Shown here: one piece after another, positions 1 through 8,001 of the stretch
Position numbering within the stretch: position 1 is the stretch's first letter
How the letters are laid out: the number at the start of each line of letters is the position of its first letter
Assembly (NCBI GenBank): GCA_011364975.1
Contig: RDOE01000061.1
Coordinates: forward strand, 1-18,798
Length of the DNA stretch: 18,798 bases
Reading direction: 5' to 3'
DNA from: Promethearchaeota archaeon
GTDB taxonomy: Archaea; Asgardarchaeota; Lokiarchaeia; Sigyniarchaeales; SOKP01
The notes under the pieces: generated by a model
Databases searched by the model: none
Seen by the model: only the letters and a program-made list of their open reading frames with translations
Told to the model about the DNA's origin: nothing
Program-made: the position numbers and the translations under genes

Positions 1-34
1 ATTTTAAAAGTATTAATCTTAGATTTTCATAATG

Positions 35-62
35 ATAAAGGAAAAAAGAAAGAATAAAAAAG
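35..62 (-). terminator. Putative archaeal-type T-tract terminator downstream of icd
   Basis: On the minus strand several T runs (CTTTTTATTCTTTCTTTTTTCC) follow the icd stop codon. Specificity is low in AT-rich DNA. Confidence 0.3.
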
Positions 63-74
63 ATGAATTCATAC

Positions 75-1286
75 TTACTTTTTCTGATAATTTTCCCACT
101 TTTTCTCAAGATTTGGATCTTGTAAAGTTTGCATGATATATTTACCAAATTCTTCCCCAGTTGCCCCAGTGTCTCGTCCTGTAACTTTTAACTTCTTTTC
201 ATAAATTGCACAGATATCTAATGCCATTTCCAGTTTTCTTGCCTTTCCTACAAATCCAATATGGTTTAGAAGCATAGCAGACGCTTTTATTATGCTTGTA
301 GGATCCGCATATTTTGTTCTTCCTGTTTCTACCATTCTTGGTGCTGTACCATGAATCGCTTCAAACATTGCATATCGCTTTCCAATGTTTGCACTACCCG
401 CCGTACCGACAGAACCTTGAATTTGAGCGGCTTCATCAGTAATTATATCTCCATATAAATTAGGTGCAACAAATACTCTGAATTCTTTTTGACGTTCAGG
501 ATCAATCAATTTTGCTGCCATGATATCAATATACCAATCATCAAATTTGATTTCTGGATATTCTTCTTTAGCAAGTTTTTTCGCCATATTTAGGTACATT
601 CCATCAGTTGTTTTAACAACATTCGCTTTAGTAACAAGAGAAACTCGATTTGCTCCAGTCTTTTTAGCGTAATCAAAAGCTAATCGTAATATTCGGTCGG
701 TGCCTTGTTTAGTGTGAACACAAAAATCAAAAGCTAGATCTTCAGTTACACTTATCCCTTTAGATCCCAAAACATAAGCACCTTCAGTATTTTCTCGAAA
801 AAATATCCAATCTATACCTAATTCGGGAACTTTGACAGGACGGACATTAGCGAATAAATCTAATTCACGTCGCATGGAAACATTTGCGCTCTCTAAATTT
901 GGCCATTTTCCCGAAGCTAAATCCGCTGATGAGGGTGTATGCGTAGGACCTTTTAAAATCACATGACATTTTTTCAATTCTATTAAAACATCATCAGGAA
1001 TAGCTTTCATTAATTTTGCTCTATTTTCAATTGTTAAGCCTTCAATATCTTTGAATTGTATCTTACCGCTTTCGACTTCTTCCTTCAAAAGGAACTTTAA
1101 AATACTTTCAGCATGTTTAGTAATTTCTGGACCAATATAATCTCCACCAGCAACTCCAATAATTATTGGTTTCAATTTGGAATAATCAATCCAATCAGCA
1201 CCTTTTTTAAGTTCCTCTATTCTTTTCAATTGAGCTTTAACTAATCCTTCAAAGTGGTCTTTTGCTTTTTGCACTACATCTTCCAT
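75..1286 (-). CDS. icd: Isocitrate/isopropylmalate dehydrogenase family protein, probably isocitrate dehydrogenase
   Basis: Motifs GDYIGPEI, LKGPTHTP, SANVSMRRELDLFANVRP, RENTEGAY, TKANVVK, NLYGDIITDEAA and FEAIHGTAP. The ORF track starts at TTG 1301, but ATG 1286 follows a GAGGA RBS (ttGAGGAagaactatATG) and is preferred. Position next to aclAB supports isocitrate as substrate. Confidence 0.85.
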   Translation of the reverse strand: MEDVVQKAKDHFEGLVKAQLKRIEELKKGADWIDYSKLKPIIIGVAGGDYIGPEITKHAESILKFLLKEEVESGKIQFKDIEGLTIENRAKLMKAIPDDVLIELKKCHVILKGPTHTPSSADLASGKWPNLESANVSMRRELDLFANVRPVKVPELGIDWIFFRENTEGAYVLGSKGISVTEDLAFDFCVHTKQGTDRILRLAFDYAKKTGANRVSLVTKANVVKTTDGMYLNMAKKLAKEEYPEIKFDDWYIDIMAAKLIDPERQKEFRVFVAPNLYGDIITDEAAQIQGSVGTAGSANIGKRYAMFEAIHGTAPRMVETGRTKYADPTSIIKASAMLLNHIGFVGKARKLEMALDICAIYEKKLKVTGRDTGATGEEFGKYIMQTLQDPNLEKKWENYQKK

Positions 1287-1426
1287 ATAGTTCTTCCTCA
1301 ATACATCTTTTATTTTTATTTTTGATTTGCTTTTGTTTTTAATTTTTAGTCTTTCTTAAAATTTATTATTATAAATTTATAAAAAAAATTAATTAAAATT
1401 TCTAAATAACCAATTAGAATATTTTT

Positions 1427-3262
1427 TTAGCTTCCAAATAGAATTTCATCCCAAGGTTGTCGATATAGGCCAGCACGTTGACGCTTTTGATCAAATACAT
1501 GCCCCATCATTCCAATAGTTCTTCCTAGTACAAATAAACCATTTAAAGCTTCGCTTTGAATAACATCCTCAATTTCTTCTTGACTAAAATCTAAATTTTC
1601 TAATAAGTCTAAAAATGTAATACCAATACATCCATCTACATTTAGGATTAGATTATTACGCTTAGATGTTGTGAGTTTTTCTACTTCCAAAGCATAATCC
1701 AAATGGGGGTGTTTTTGAAAATTTTTGAATACGAAATCTTTGAGTAAGGTTACTCGAACATCGGGATTCTGAACGGACTTTATTCTATGTCCGATTCCGG
1801 GAATATTTATTTGTACAACATTTTTCATATAACCTATAAATTCCAATGGAGGCATCTGCTTTTGCAAGGCTTCTCTGAAATATTTTGCTGCATCAGAAAT
1901 TGCTCCACCAAATCGAGGTCCAATAGTTAATATTCCTGAAGCAAGAGAAGACATTAAATCTTTACCTGCACGAGCAGTAATAATTGCATTATGCGCTCCA
2001 CTCACAGCAGGTCCATGGTCCGCAGTAAGCTTTATTACCATTTCTATGAACTGTTGAGCAAATTCTGGTAATTCTTTTTTAAACCATAAGAGACCAATTA
2101 CATATCCAATGGATTTATTCTTACGGATAATTTCGTCAAGACCTATACCAGCAAAGGTTGGGACATCTCCACGATCATCTGAAATTGTGACTACTACATC
2201 ACTTTGACGTCTAACTATTCCAAGACGAATCGCTTCATTAAAATCAAGTGGAATTTTAGGTGGTTCCTCTTCTTTTATTGGTATTACTTTACCTTCTGTT
2301 TTTAATTTTTCGAAGGTTGCTTTAATTATTTTATCAAAATCTTCGTATGAATCTGGGACTATTGCTCCAGCTTCTTTAAGGGCCTTATTCTTAGCTTCAG
2401 CGGTTTCTCTATCACTTCCAGCCATCGCGCCTGCATGTCCAAATTGTAAGCCTTTGGGTAAAATTCTTGCTGCAGTTCCCGTTACCCATATAACAAGAGG
2501 CTTTTTAATCTTTCCATTAATTAACGCATCAACTATTTCGTATTCTTCACTACCTCCGATTTCACCTAGACAAACTAGCATTTTGATTTTCGGATTTGCC
2601 TCATACCTTAAGAGATGATCTATTAAACGTGAACCAGGGTATCGGTCTCCTCCAATCGCTATACTTTCATAGACACCATCAGTGTTTTGAGCAATCATGA
2701 AGTTCATTTCATTACTTAAACCACCAGACTTAGAAACAAAACCAACAGATCCAGGGCGATATAATTTTGATAATATAATATTCTCAAGTGTTCCTGCGGT
2801 ATTCCCAATCTTGAATGCTCCTGCTCTTATTCCTCCAACAGTTGCGGGTCCAATAATGACTTTTCGGCGTTCTTGCGCAATTTTATTTAAAAACTGACTC
2901 TGTCGTTCTGGTACTCCTTCAGCAATAATGACTACAACCCTGATTGTCTCTGATTCAAGTGCTTCTTTACTTGTGTCATATGCGGAACGAAATGAGGCAA
3001 AATTTATTAACACATCTGCCTTAGGATGCTTTTTTATAGCCATATTTAACGTTTTATAGATTGGGATAATAATCTCCTTACTCCCCCAAAATACTTTATG
3101 ATAAGCAACCGCAGCCTCTTGCGTAGGTTGAATCATAGCAGCAACAGAGGGGGTTTTCCGACGACATACATAATCAAAATCTATCATTCTTTGAACGGGA
3201 GCTGCTTGTAATCCATAAATTATAGCCTGAGTATTCTCATTAAAAAGTTCATAATCTTCCAT
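1427..3262 (-). CDS. aclA: ATP citrate lyase alpha subunit (CoA-binding + CoA-ligase + citryl-CoA lyase domains)
   Basis: 611 aa with ACL motifs FASFRSA, IIAEGVPE, GPATVGGI, VSKSGGLSNE, IGGDRYPG, phospho-His QFGHAGA, DHGPAVSGAHN, IGPRFGGA, GIGHRIKS..NPD.RV, NLILNVDG and LNGLFVLGR. Confidence 0.95.
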   Translation of the reverse strand: MEDYELFNENTQAIIYGLQAAPVQRMIDFDYVCRRKTPSVAAMIQPTQEAAVAYHKVFWGSKEIIIPIYKTLNMAIKKHPKADVLINFASFRSAYDTSKEALESETIRVVVIIAEGVPERQSQFLNKIAQERRKVIIGPATVGGIRAGAFKIGNTAGTLENIILSKLYRPGSVGFVSKSGGLSNEMNFMIAQNTDGVYESIAIGGDRYPGSRLIDHLLRYEANPKIKMLVCLGEIGGSEEYEIVDALINGKIKKPLVIWVTGTAARILPKGLQFGHAGAMAGSDRETAEAKNKALKEAGAIVPDSYEDFDKIIKATFEKLKTEGKVIPIKEEEPPKIPLDFNEAIRLGIVRRQSDVVVTISDDRGDVPTFAGIGLDEIIRKNKSIGYVIGLLWFKKELPEFAQQFIEMVIKLTADHGPAVSGAHNAIITARAGKDLMSSLASGILTIGPRFGGAISDAAKYFREALQKQMPPLEFIGYMKNVVQINIPGIGHRIKSVQNPDVRVTLLKDFVFKNFQKHPHLDYALEVEKLTTSKRNNLILNVDGCIGITFLDLLENLDFSQEEIEDVIQSEALNGLFVLGRTIGMMGHVFDQKRQRAGLYRQPWDEILFGS

Positions 3263-3265
3263 TTT

Positions 3266-4555
3266 TTATTTACCTCCCATTTTTTCTACCATTCGTGCAA
3301 CTGGACGTGTCATACTACTATATCGATCGTAGATCTCAATTGGGATGCCTGTTTCTTCTCCAACCTTCCTCATTAGTTCAAGTCCTTGCTTTTCATTAGG
3401 TCCTCCTCGTCGAACTAAGATTTTTACATTAGCTTTTTTTAACTTTTCGACTGATTTTTTAATAGCATTTACGATTCCACCGAAAGTTGCTTTTACGTCT
3501 GTAAAATTGGCTATTCCGCCCCCAATTATAAGGTACTTTTCCCTTCCTTGAGGATCTGGATGTTCTGTTATTAAATCTATTAAAGTTTGAGCATATATTT
3601 CAGTATGTTCTTGACTGGGATTTCCCGAATACTCACCATAATTAGCTAATTCCTTTTCAAGCCCCAAATCCGCGATAGTATCAGTATAAATAACACTTGC
3701 TCCACCACCTGCCACCATAGTCCATATTTTCCCTTCTCGGTTTAAAATGGTCAACTTCAATGAAGCTCCAGTCTTTTCATCAAGTTCCATAATTTTCTTT
3801 TCTTCAGTACTCATTGATTGACCAAACGCCGCGGGAAATTCAATGGGCTTTTCAGGATTCCCCCAAGTATCCGTATGGAGAAATGCCGCAGTATCATCTA
3901 ATCTCGCTTTAACATCTAAAGGAACAACTTTTTTATCCTTTGTTATAGCAAAAGGATTTATCTCTAAAAATGCAAAATCTTGATTTATAAACACTTGATA
4001 AAGCCCTTTAATAAAGGGGATTATTGTATCCTTTAAGTCTCCGAGATTTGGGATTTTTCCTTCTAAATCAAACGAATTTATATCCGTTCCAACAGGTATG
4101 GGAATATGAATTACTTTATCCCAATTCTCCTCAACAAATATCCCCCCTTCAAAACTAAAATGAATTACATCATTGTTTCTTTCCGTTGTAATTGAGATAT
4201 AATATTCTTTTTCATGAGGGATAAATGGTTCTATTAATAATCGTTTCAATTTTCCTCGTACATTTCCAATTTCAAAGACTTTATCTAAGTTATTATGACA
4301 AAAATTTTTCATTTCATTGTAGTTGGCATCAAGAAGAATAAGCTTAGCTTTTCCTCTTTTCCCAAACAATTGATCCGGTTTAGCGACTAATTTTTCTGTT
4401 TGAAGCCAAGGATTTTTAGGAATCGCTTTTTCAAGGTCAGTATCATAGTCAACGATTAGCAATTTATTATGATAATTAAAATTGGGATAATATTTTGGTA
4501 GTTCTTTTGCTAGGATTTTCTTTGCATCATATTCATATATATTTTTTTGAGCCAA
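3266..4555 (-). CDS. aclB: ATP citrate lyase beta subunit (ATP-grasp + citrate-binding domain)
   Basis: 429 aa, TTG start. Motifs IYEYDAK, KPDQLFGKRGK, LEINP, ASLKLTILN, IWTMVAGGGASVIY, ELANYGEYSG, GGGIANFTDV (citrate-binding) and VRRGGPN. Confidence 0.95.
   Translation of the reverse strand: MAQKNIYEYDAKKILAKELPKYYPNFNYHNKLLIVDYDTDLEKAIPKNPWLQTEKLVAKPDQLFGKRGKAKLILLDANYNEMKNFCHNNLDKVFEIGNVRGKLKRLLIEPFIPHEKEYYISITTERNNDVIHFSFEGGIFVEENWDKVIHIPIPVGTDINSFDLEGKIPNLGDLKDTIIPFIKGLYQVFINQDFAFLEINPFAITKDKKVVPLDVKARLDDTAAFLHTDTWGNPEKPIEFPAAFGQSMSTEEKKIMELDEKTGASLKLTILNREGKIWTMVAGGGASVIYTDTIADLGLEKELANYGEYSGNPSQEHTEIYAQTLIDLITEHPDPQGREKYLIIGGGIANFTDVKATFGGIVNAIKKSVEKLKKANVKILVRRGGPNEKQGLELMRKVGEETGIPIEIYDRYSSMTRPVARMVEKMGGK
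3272..3277 (-). promoter_or_regulatory. Shine-Dalgarno site for aclA inside the 3' end of aclB
   Basis: GGAGGT lies 9 nt upstream of the aclA ATG (atgGGAGGTaaataaaaaATG), consistent with translational coupling. Confidence 0.65.
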
Positions 4556-4812
4556 TTCTTTTTCGAACTCTAGATTATTATTTTCATTATATATTATAGA
4601 TAATTAATATGAGTAGAATTCATTTTAATAAAAATTTTTCCCACATTTCTTATATGGGAAGGATTTCCCTTTAATATAATGTTTTTATTATTATCTTTCA
4701 AGCTCTTAAAGATTTAAGGTATTAATTAAATTAGCTTTAATTAAATCGAAGTAAATAGGAAAGAACTTAAAGTTTTTACCTTTCTGATTTATACTTTTAA
4801 GATTGTGTTTTT

Positions 4813-5934
4813 TTATTCTATTAACTTTATCTGAGTAAGACCTTTTTCTTTTATTACTTTGGCACCTATATCACTGATTCTATTTGCTAATTCACTGATT
4901 TTCCATTTTTCATATCCTTTTACATATGTAGAAAAAGTATCTTGCAAAGGATTAGTCCATTTCTTAGGGATTTTATCAGCTCCGAGTTGAGCTCCTAAGA
5001 TGGCACCAACATTTCCGCAATTGCAATCCGTATCAAGACCCATCATTGCAGAAATGCATATTGATTCACCGAGTTGATCTTTATCATTATGTGCTCCATA
5101 CAATAAAGATAAAATGATAATGCCAATATTAGGAAGTACATGAACTTCTGGAATATGAATACCCGGTTTTATTTCATTCAAAAAGCTTAATCGTCTTTCA
5201 TCTGTAATAGGGGTTTCTTTCACTAATCTTTCTCTAATTGTATTCCAATATTTAATTAATTTTTTTCTTCCTTTGATATAATCATCAGGAAATTCTTCGT
5301 AAATATCCAAAGCAGAAAGTATCATTTGAGTATATAAGCTTTCATCCTCTTTTGGTAAGAATCTAAGAGCTTTTTTAATGTTTTTTTCTATATTATTTTC
5401 AAAAAATGCTTGTGAAACCATAACGGCAATATAAACTTCACCTTCAATTCCAATACCTGCATGAGATATACATCCATCAATTTCTGCATAGGTCTTTGCA
5501 ATAAAAGGACATCCTGGAGCAATTTGACCCCAAATATCTGCTCTCATTTGAGCACCAATTGCATCATAATATTCATTATTATAGGTTCCAGATTCTGGAG
5601 GCCATATATTTGATTTTAAGTTGTCTATAGCCACTTTTTCTGCAGTATAATTTAATGTATATAAAAGATTGATCCATTCTTCGGCAATATCCCTTGAGGT
5701 AAGATTAATCCCCTTCTTTTCTAAAGCAATTAATGCACAAATTTCATACATCTCATCATCATTGACAAAATTCAGATCAATAGGTTCTAAATAATATGTA
5801 ATATCACCATATTTCTTTTTTCTATCAAAATACGGCATAAACTCAACAGGTGCCCCTATAAAATCTCCCGCAATACGTCCTAACCAAGAGCCTAAAATCT
5901 TATTATAGTAATCTTTAGATGTTATTTCATACAT
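4813..5934 (-). CDS. ADP-ribosylglycohydrolase (ARH/DraG) family protein
   Basis: 373 aa with motifs GDFIGAPVE, VNDDEMY (metal-binding DD), GAQMRAD, ISH and GLDTDCNCGNVGAILGA. Confidence 0.88.
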   Translation of the reverse strand: MYEITSKDYYNKILGSWLGRIAGDFIGAPVEFMPYFDRKKKYGDITYYLEPIDLNFVNDDEMYEICALIALEKKGINLTSRDIAEEWINLLYTLNYTAEKVAIDNLKSNIWPPESGTYNNEYYDAIGAQMRADIWGQIAPGCPFIAKTYAEIDGCISHAGIGIEGEVYIAVMVSQAFFENNIEKNIKKALRFLPKEDESLYTQMILSALDIYEEFPDDYIKGRKKLIKYWNTIRERLVKETPITDERRLSFLNEIKPGIHIPEVHVLPNIGIIILSLLYGAHNDKDQLGESICISAMMGLDTDCNCGNVGAILGAQLGADKIPKKWTNPLQDTFSTYVKGYEKWKISELANRISDIGAKVIKEKGLTQIKLIE

Positions 5935-6003
5935 ATACTATTCTAAGGATTCATATAAATGATAAAAGAAAAATATTAGGAAAAAGTAAAGTCAAAGATT
6001 ATA

Positions 6004-6864
6004 CTATAATAGTTTTTTAATCAACTTAGGCACATCCCAAGGAGTCCTTGCTATAAATCCACCAGCATTTTTTAATGCCTTAATTTTAGCTTGTGCGGTA
6101 TCAAAATCTCCTGAGATTATTGCGCCCGCATGACCCATTCGTTTTCCTTCGGGTGCACATTTTCCAGCAATAAATGCTACAATGGGCTTATCGACATTAC
6201 GCTTTACATATTCAGCTGTTTTTTGTTCTTCATCGCTCCCTATCTCTCCTATTAAAACAATAAGTTTTGTAGTTGAATCTTTTGAATAATATTCAACAGC
6301 TTCTTTCATTGTTGTACCCCGCACTGGATCTCCTCCAATACCAACGTATGCAGAAACCCCAATTCCCGCATTACCGATTATATTTGTTATTTCGTACGAT
6401 AAAGTACCACTTTTAGAAATTACGGCTACCTCTCCAAAATGACACATATCATCCGGCATTATTCCTAGTTTAATTTTATCAGGTATGAGTATTCCAGGAC
6501 AATTAGGACCAACCAGATGAAGGTTTTTTTCACGAGCAATTTCAATCAATTTGATCATATCAAATACTGGAACATTTTCAGTTATAATGCAAGTTATTTT
6601 AATATCAGAAAACAAACTTTCTCTAACAGCTCCAAAAGCAAATTTTGCAGGTACAAATACAATGCTGGTATCACATCCAGTTTCTTTTTTTGCCTTTTTC
6701 ATGTTATTAAAAACAGGCACACCATAAACTTCTTGTCCTCCTTTACCTGGGGTGACTCCTGCGACTACCTTTGTTCCATATTCTAGCATTAATTGAGTAT
6801 GGAATCTCCCTTGGGTTCCAGTAATCCCTTGTACGACTACTTTAGAATCATCATCAATATACAT
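6004..6864 (-). CDS. sucD: Succinate--CoA ligase alpha subunit
   Basis: Motifs VQGITG, GVTPGKGG, GPNCPG, SKSGTLSYE, GIGGDP, GEIG and phospho-His MGHAGA. Confidence 0.93.
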   Translation of the reverse strand: MYIDDDSKVVVQGITGTQGRFHTQLMLEYGTKVVAGVTPGKGGQEVYGVPVFNNMKKAKKETGCDTSIVFVPAKFAFGAVRESLFSDIKITCIITENVPVFDMIKLIEIAREKNLHLVGPNCPGILIPDKIKLGIMPDDMCHFGEVAVISKSGTLSYEITNIIGNAGIGVSAYVGIGGDPVRGTTMKEAVEYYSKDSTTKLIVLIGEIGSDEEQKTAEYVKRNVDKPIVAFIAGKCAPEGKRMGHAGAIISGDFDTAQAKIKALKNAGGFIARTPWDVPKLIKKLL

Positions 6865-7989
6865 CTATTTTTTCATCACTTCTTTTAACTTTTTAACAGC
6901 TTCCATGACATCTTTAAATACAGTGATATTGTTTTTTTTAAGTATTTTAATACCCTCAATTTCATTTGTTCCTGTTAACCTGATAACCATTGGAGGGGTA
7001 CTTTTAAAATTGTGTAAAGCTTCAATTATTGCTTCAGCCACGGCATCACAACGAGTTATTCCTCCATAAATATTTACAAATACTGCTTTAGGATTCATTT
7101 TAAAAAGGAGTTCTAATGCTTTATAAATTCTTTCTTTACTTGCGCCACCGCCTACATCCAAGAAATTAGCAGGTTTTAGCTCTAGGCTTGATAAAACGTC
7201 TAATAGTGCCATAGTAAGTCCAGCACCATTCGCAAGAATGCCAATATCTCCCTTTAATTTAATAAATGAGAAACCTGCTTCTTTAGCAAATTTTTCAAAT
7301 TCACTTAATTTTTTTATCAGTAATTCTTCTACTATAGGTTGTCGAAAAGCTGAATCCTCATCTAGGATCATTTTACCATCCACAGCAATCAAGCCGGATG
7401 GCGTTATTACTAAGGGATTGATTTCCACTAATTGAGCTTCTAAATCAACAACTATTTTCCATAACTTCAGAAAAATGTCTTTAGCTGAAATTAAATTTTC
7501 AATCGAAAATTCAAGATTATTAGCTATTTTTTCAGCTAAATTCGCTGTTAATCCTGTTCTATAGGAAAATTCCTCCTTAATTATCGCATCAGGGTTACTT
7601 TTTGAGACTTCCTCAATATCGATTCCTCCTTCTCTACTTGCAATCAAAAAAAACCTCCTTCCTGAAGCGTCTAATGCAATAGAGCAATAATATTCCTGTT
7701 GAATGGTTACTAAAGCTTCAATTAAAATCGCCTCTACATTAAATCCCGCTACAACCCTAGTGAAAAATTCTTTACACAAAGATGTAGCTTCTTCTTGATT
7801 CTTAGCTAATTTAATTAAACCTGCCTTCTTTCTACTACCGATGGCAATTTGAGACTTAATAATAGCAGGATATGGAAAATTCATTGTTTTTTCTTCAATT
7901 TCTCTTGGATTATTGATTATAATAAAATTTGGGATTGGAATTCCAAACTTTTTAAAAATTAACTTACTTTCATATTCAAGAAGTCGAAT
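6865..7989 (-). CDS. sucC: Succinate--CoA ligase beta subunit (probable ATT start, 374 aa)
   Basis: Motifs GGIDIEEV, EINPL, NGAGLTMALLD, PANFLDVGGGA, NIYGGITRCD and RLTGTN. The frame stays open 35 codons upstream of ATG 7884 and encodes the conserved SucC N-terminus (I/M)RLLEYESKLIFKKFGIPIP, beginning at ATT 7989. Confidence 0.9.
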   Translation of the reverse strand: MRLLEYESKLIFKKFGIPIPNFIIINNPREIEEKTMNFPYPAIIKSQIAIGSRKKAGLIKLAKNQEEATSLCKEFFTRVVAGFNVEAILIEALVTIQQEYYCSIALDASGRRFFLIASREGGIDIEEVSKSNPDAIIKEEFSYRTGLTANLAEKIANNLEFSIENLISAKDIFLKLWKIVVDLEAQLVEINPLVITPSGLIAVDGKMILDEDSAFRQPIVEELLIKKLSEFEKFAKEAGFSFIKLKGDIGILANGAGLTMALLDVLSSLELKPANFLDVGGGASKERIYKALELLFKMNPKAVFVNIYGGITRCDAVAEAIIEALHNFKSTPPMVIRLTGTNEIEGIKILKKNNITVFKDVMEAVKKLKEVMKK

Positions 7990-7995
7990 CTATAA

Positions 7996-8001
7996 ATCAC
8001 C
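7996..8001 (-). promoter_or_regulatory. Archaeal-type Shine-Dalgarno (GGTGAT) for sucC
   Basis: GGTGA is followed by 7 nt and then ATT. The same motif and spacing occur at GGTGA 13914-13918 before ATG 13926. Confidence 0.6.

Noticed and set aside
1287-1301. TTG start for icd at 1301
   Set aside because: It overlaps the GAGGA RBS that is well spaced for ATG 1286.
4722-4744. Inverted repeat TTAATTAAA-N5-TTTAATTAA
   Set aside because: A/T only; expected by chance in this background.
6004-7989. sucCD as citryl-CoA synthetase (CcsAB)
   Set aside because: The beta subunit has the SCS-type NIYGGITRCD and NGAGL motifs rather than the citrate-binding GGGIANFT, and a full ACL is already adjacent. 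Malate-CoA ligase activity cannot be excluded.
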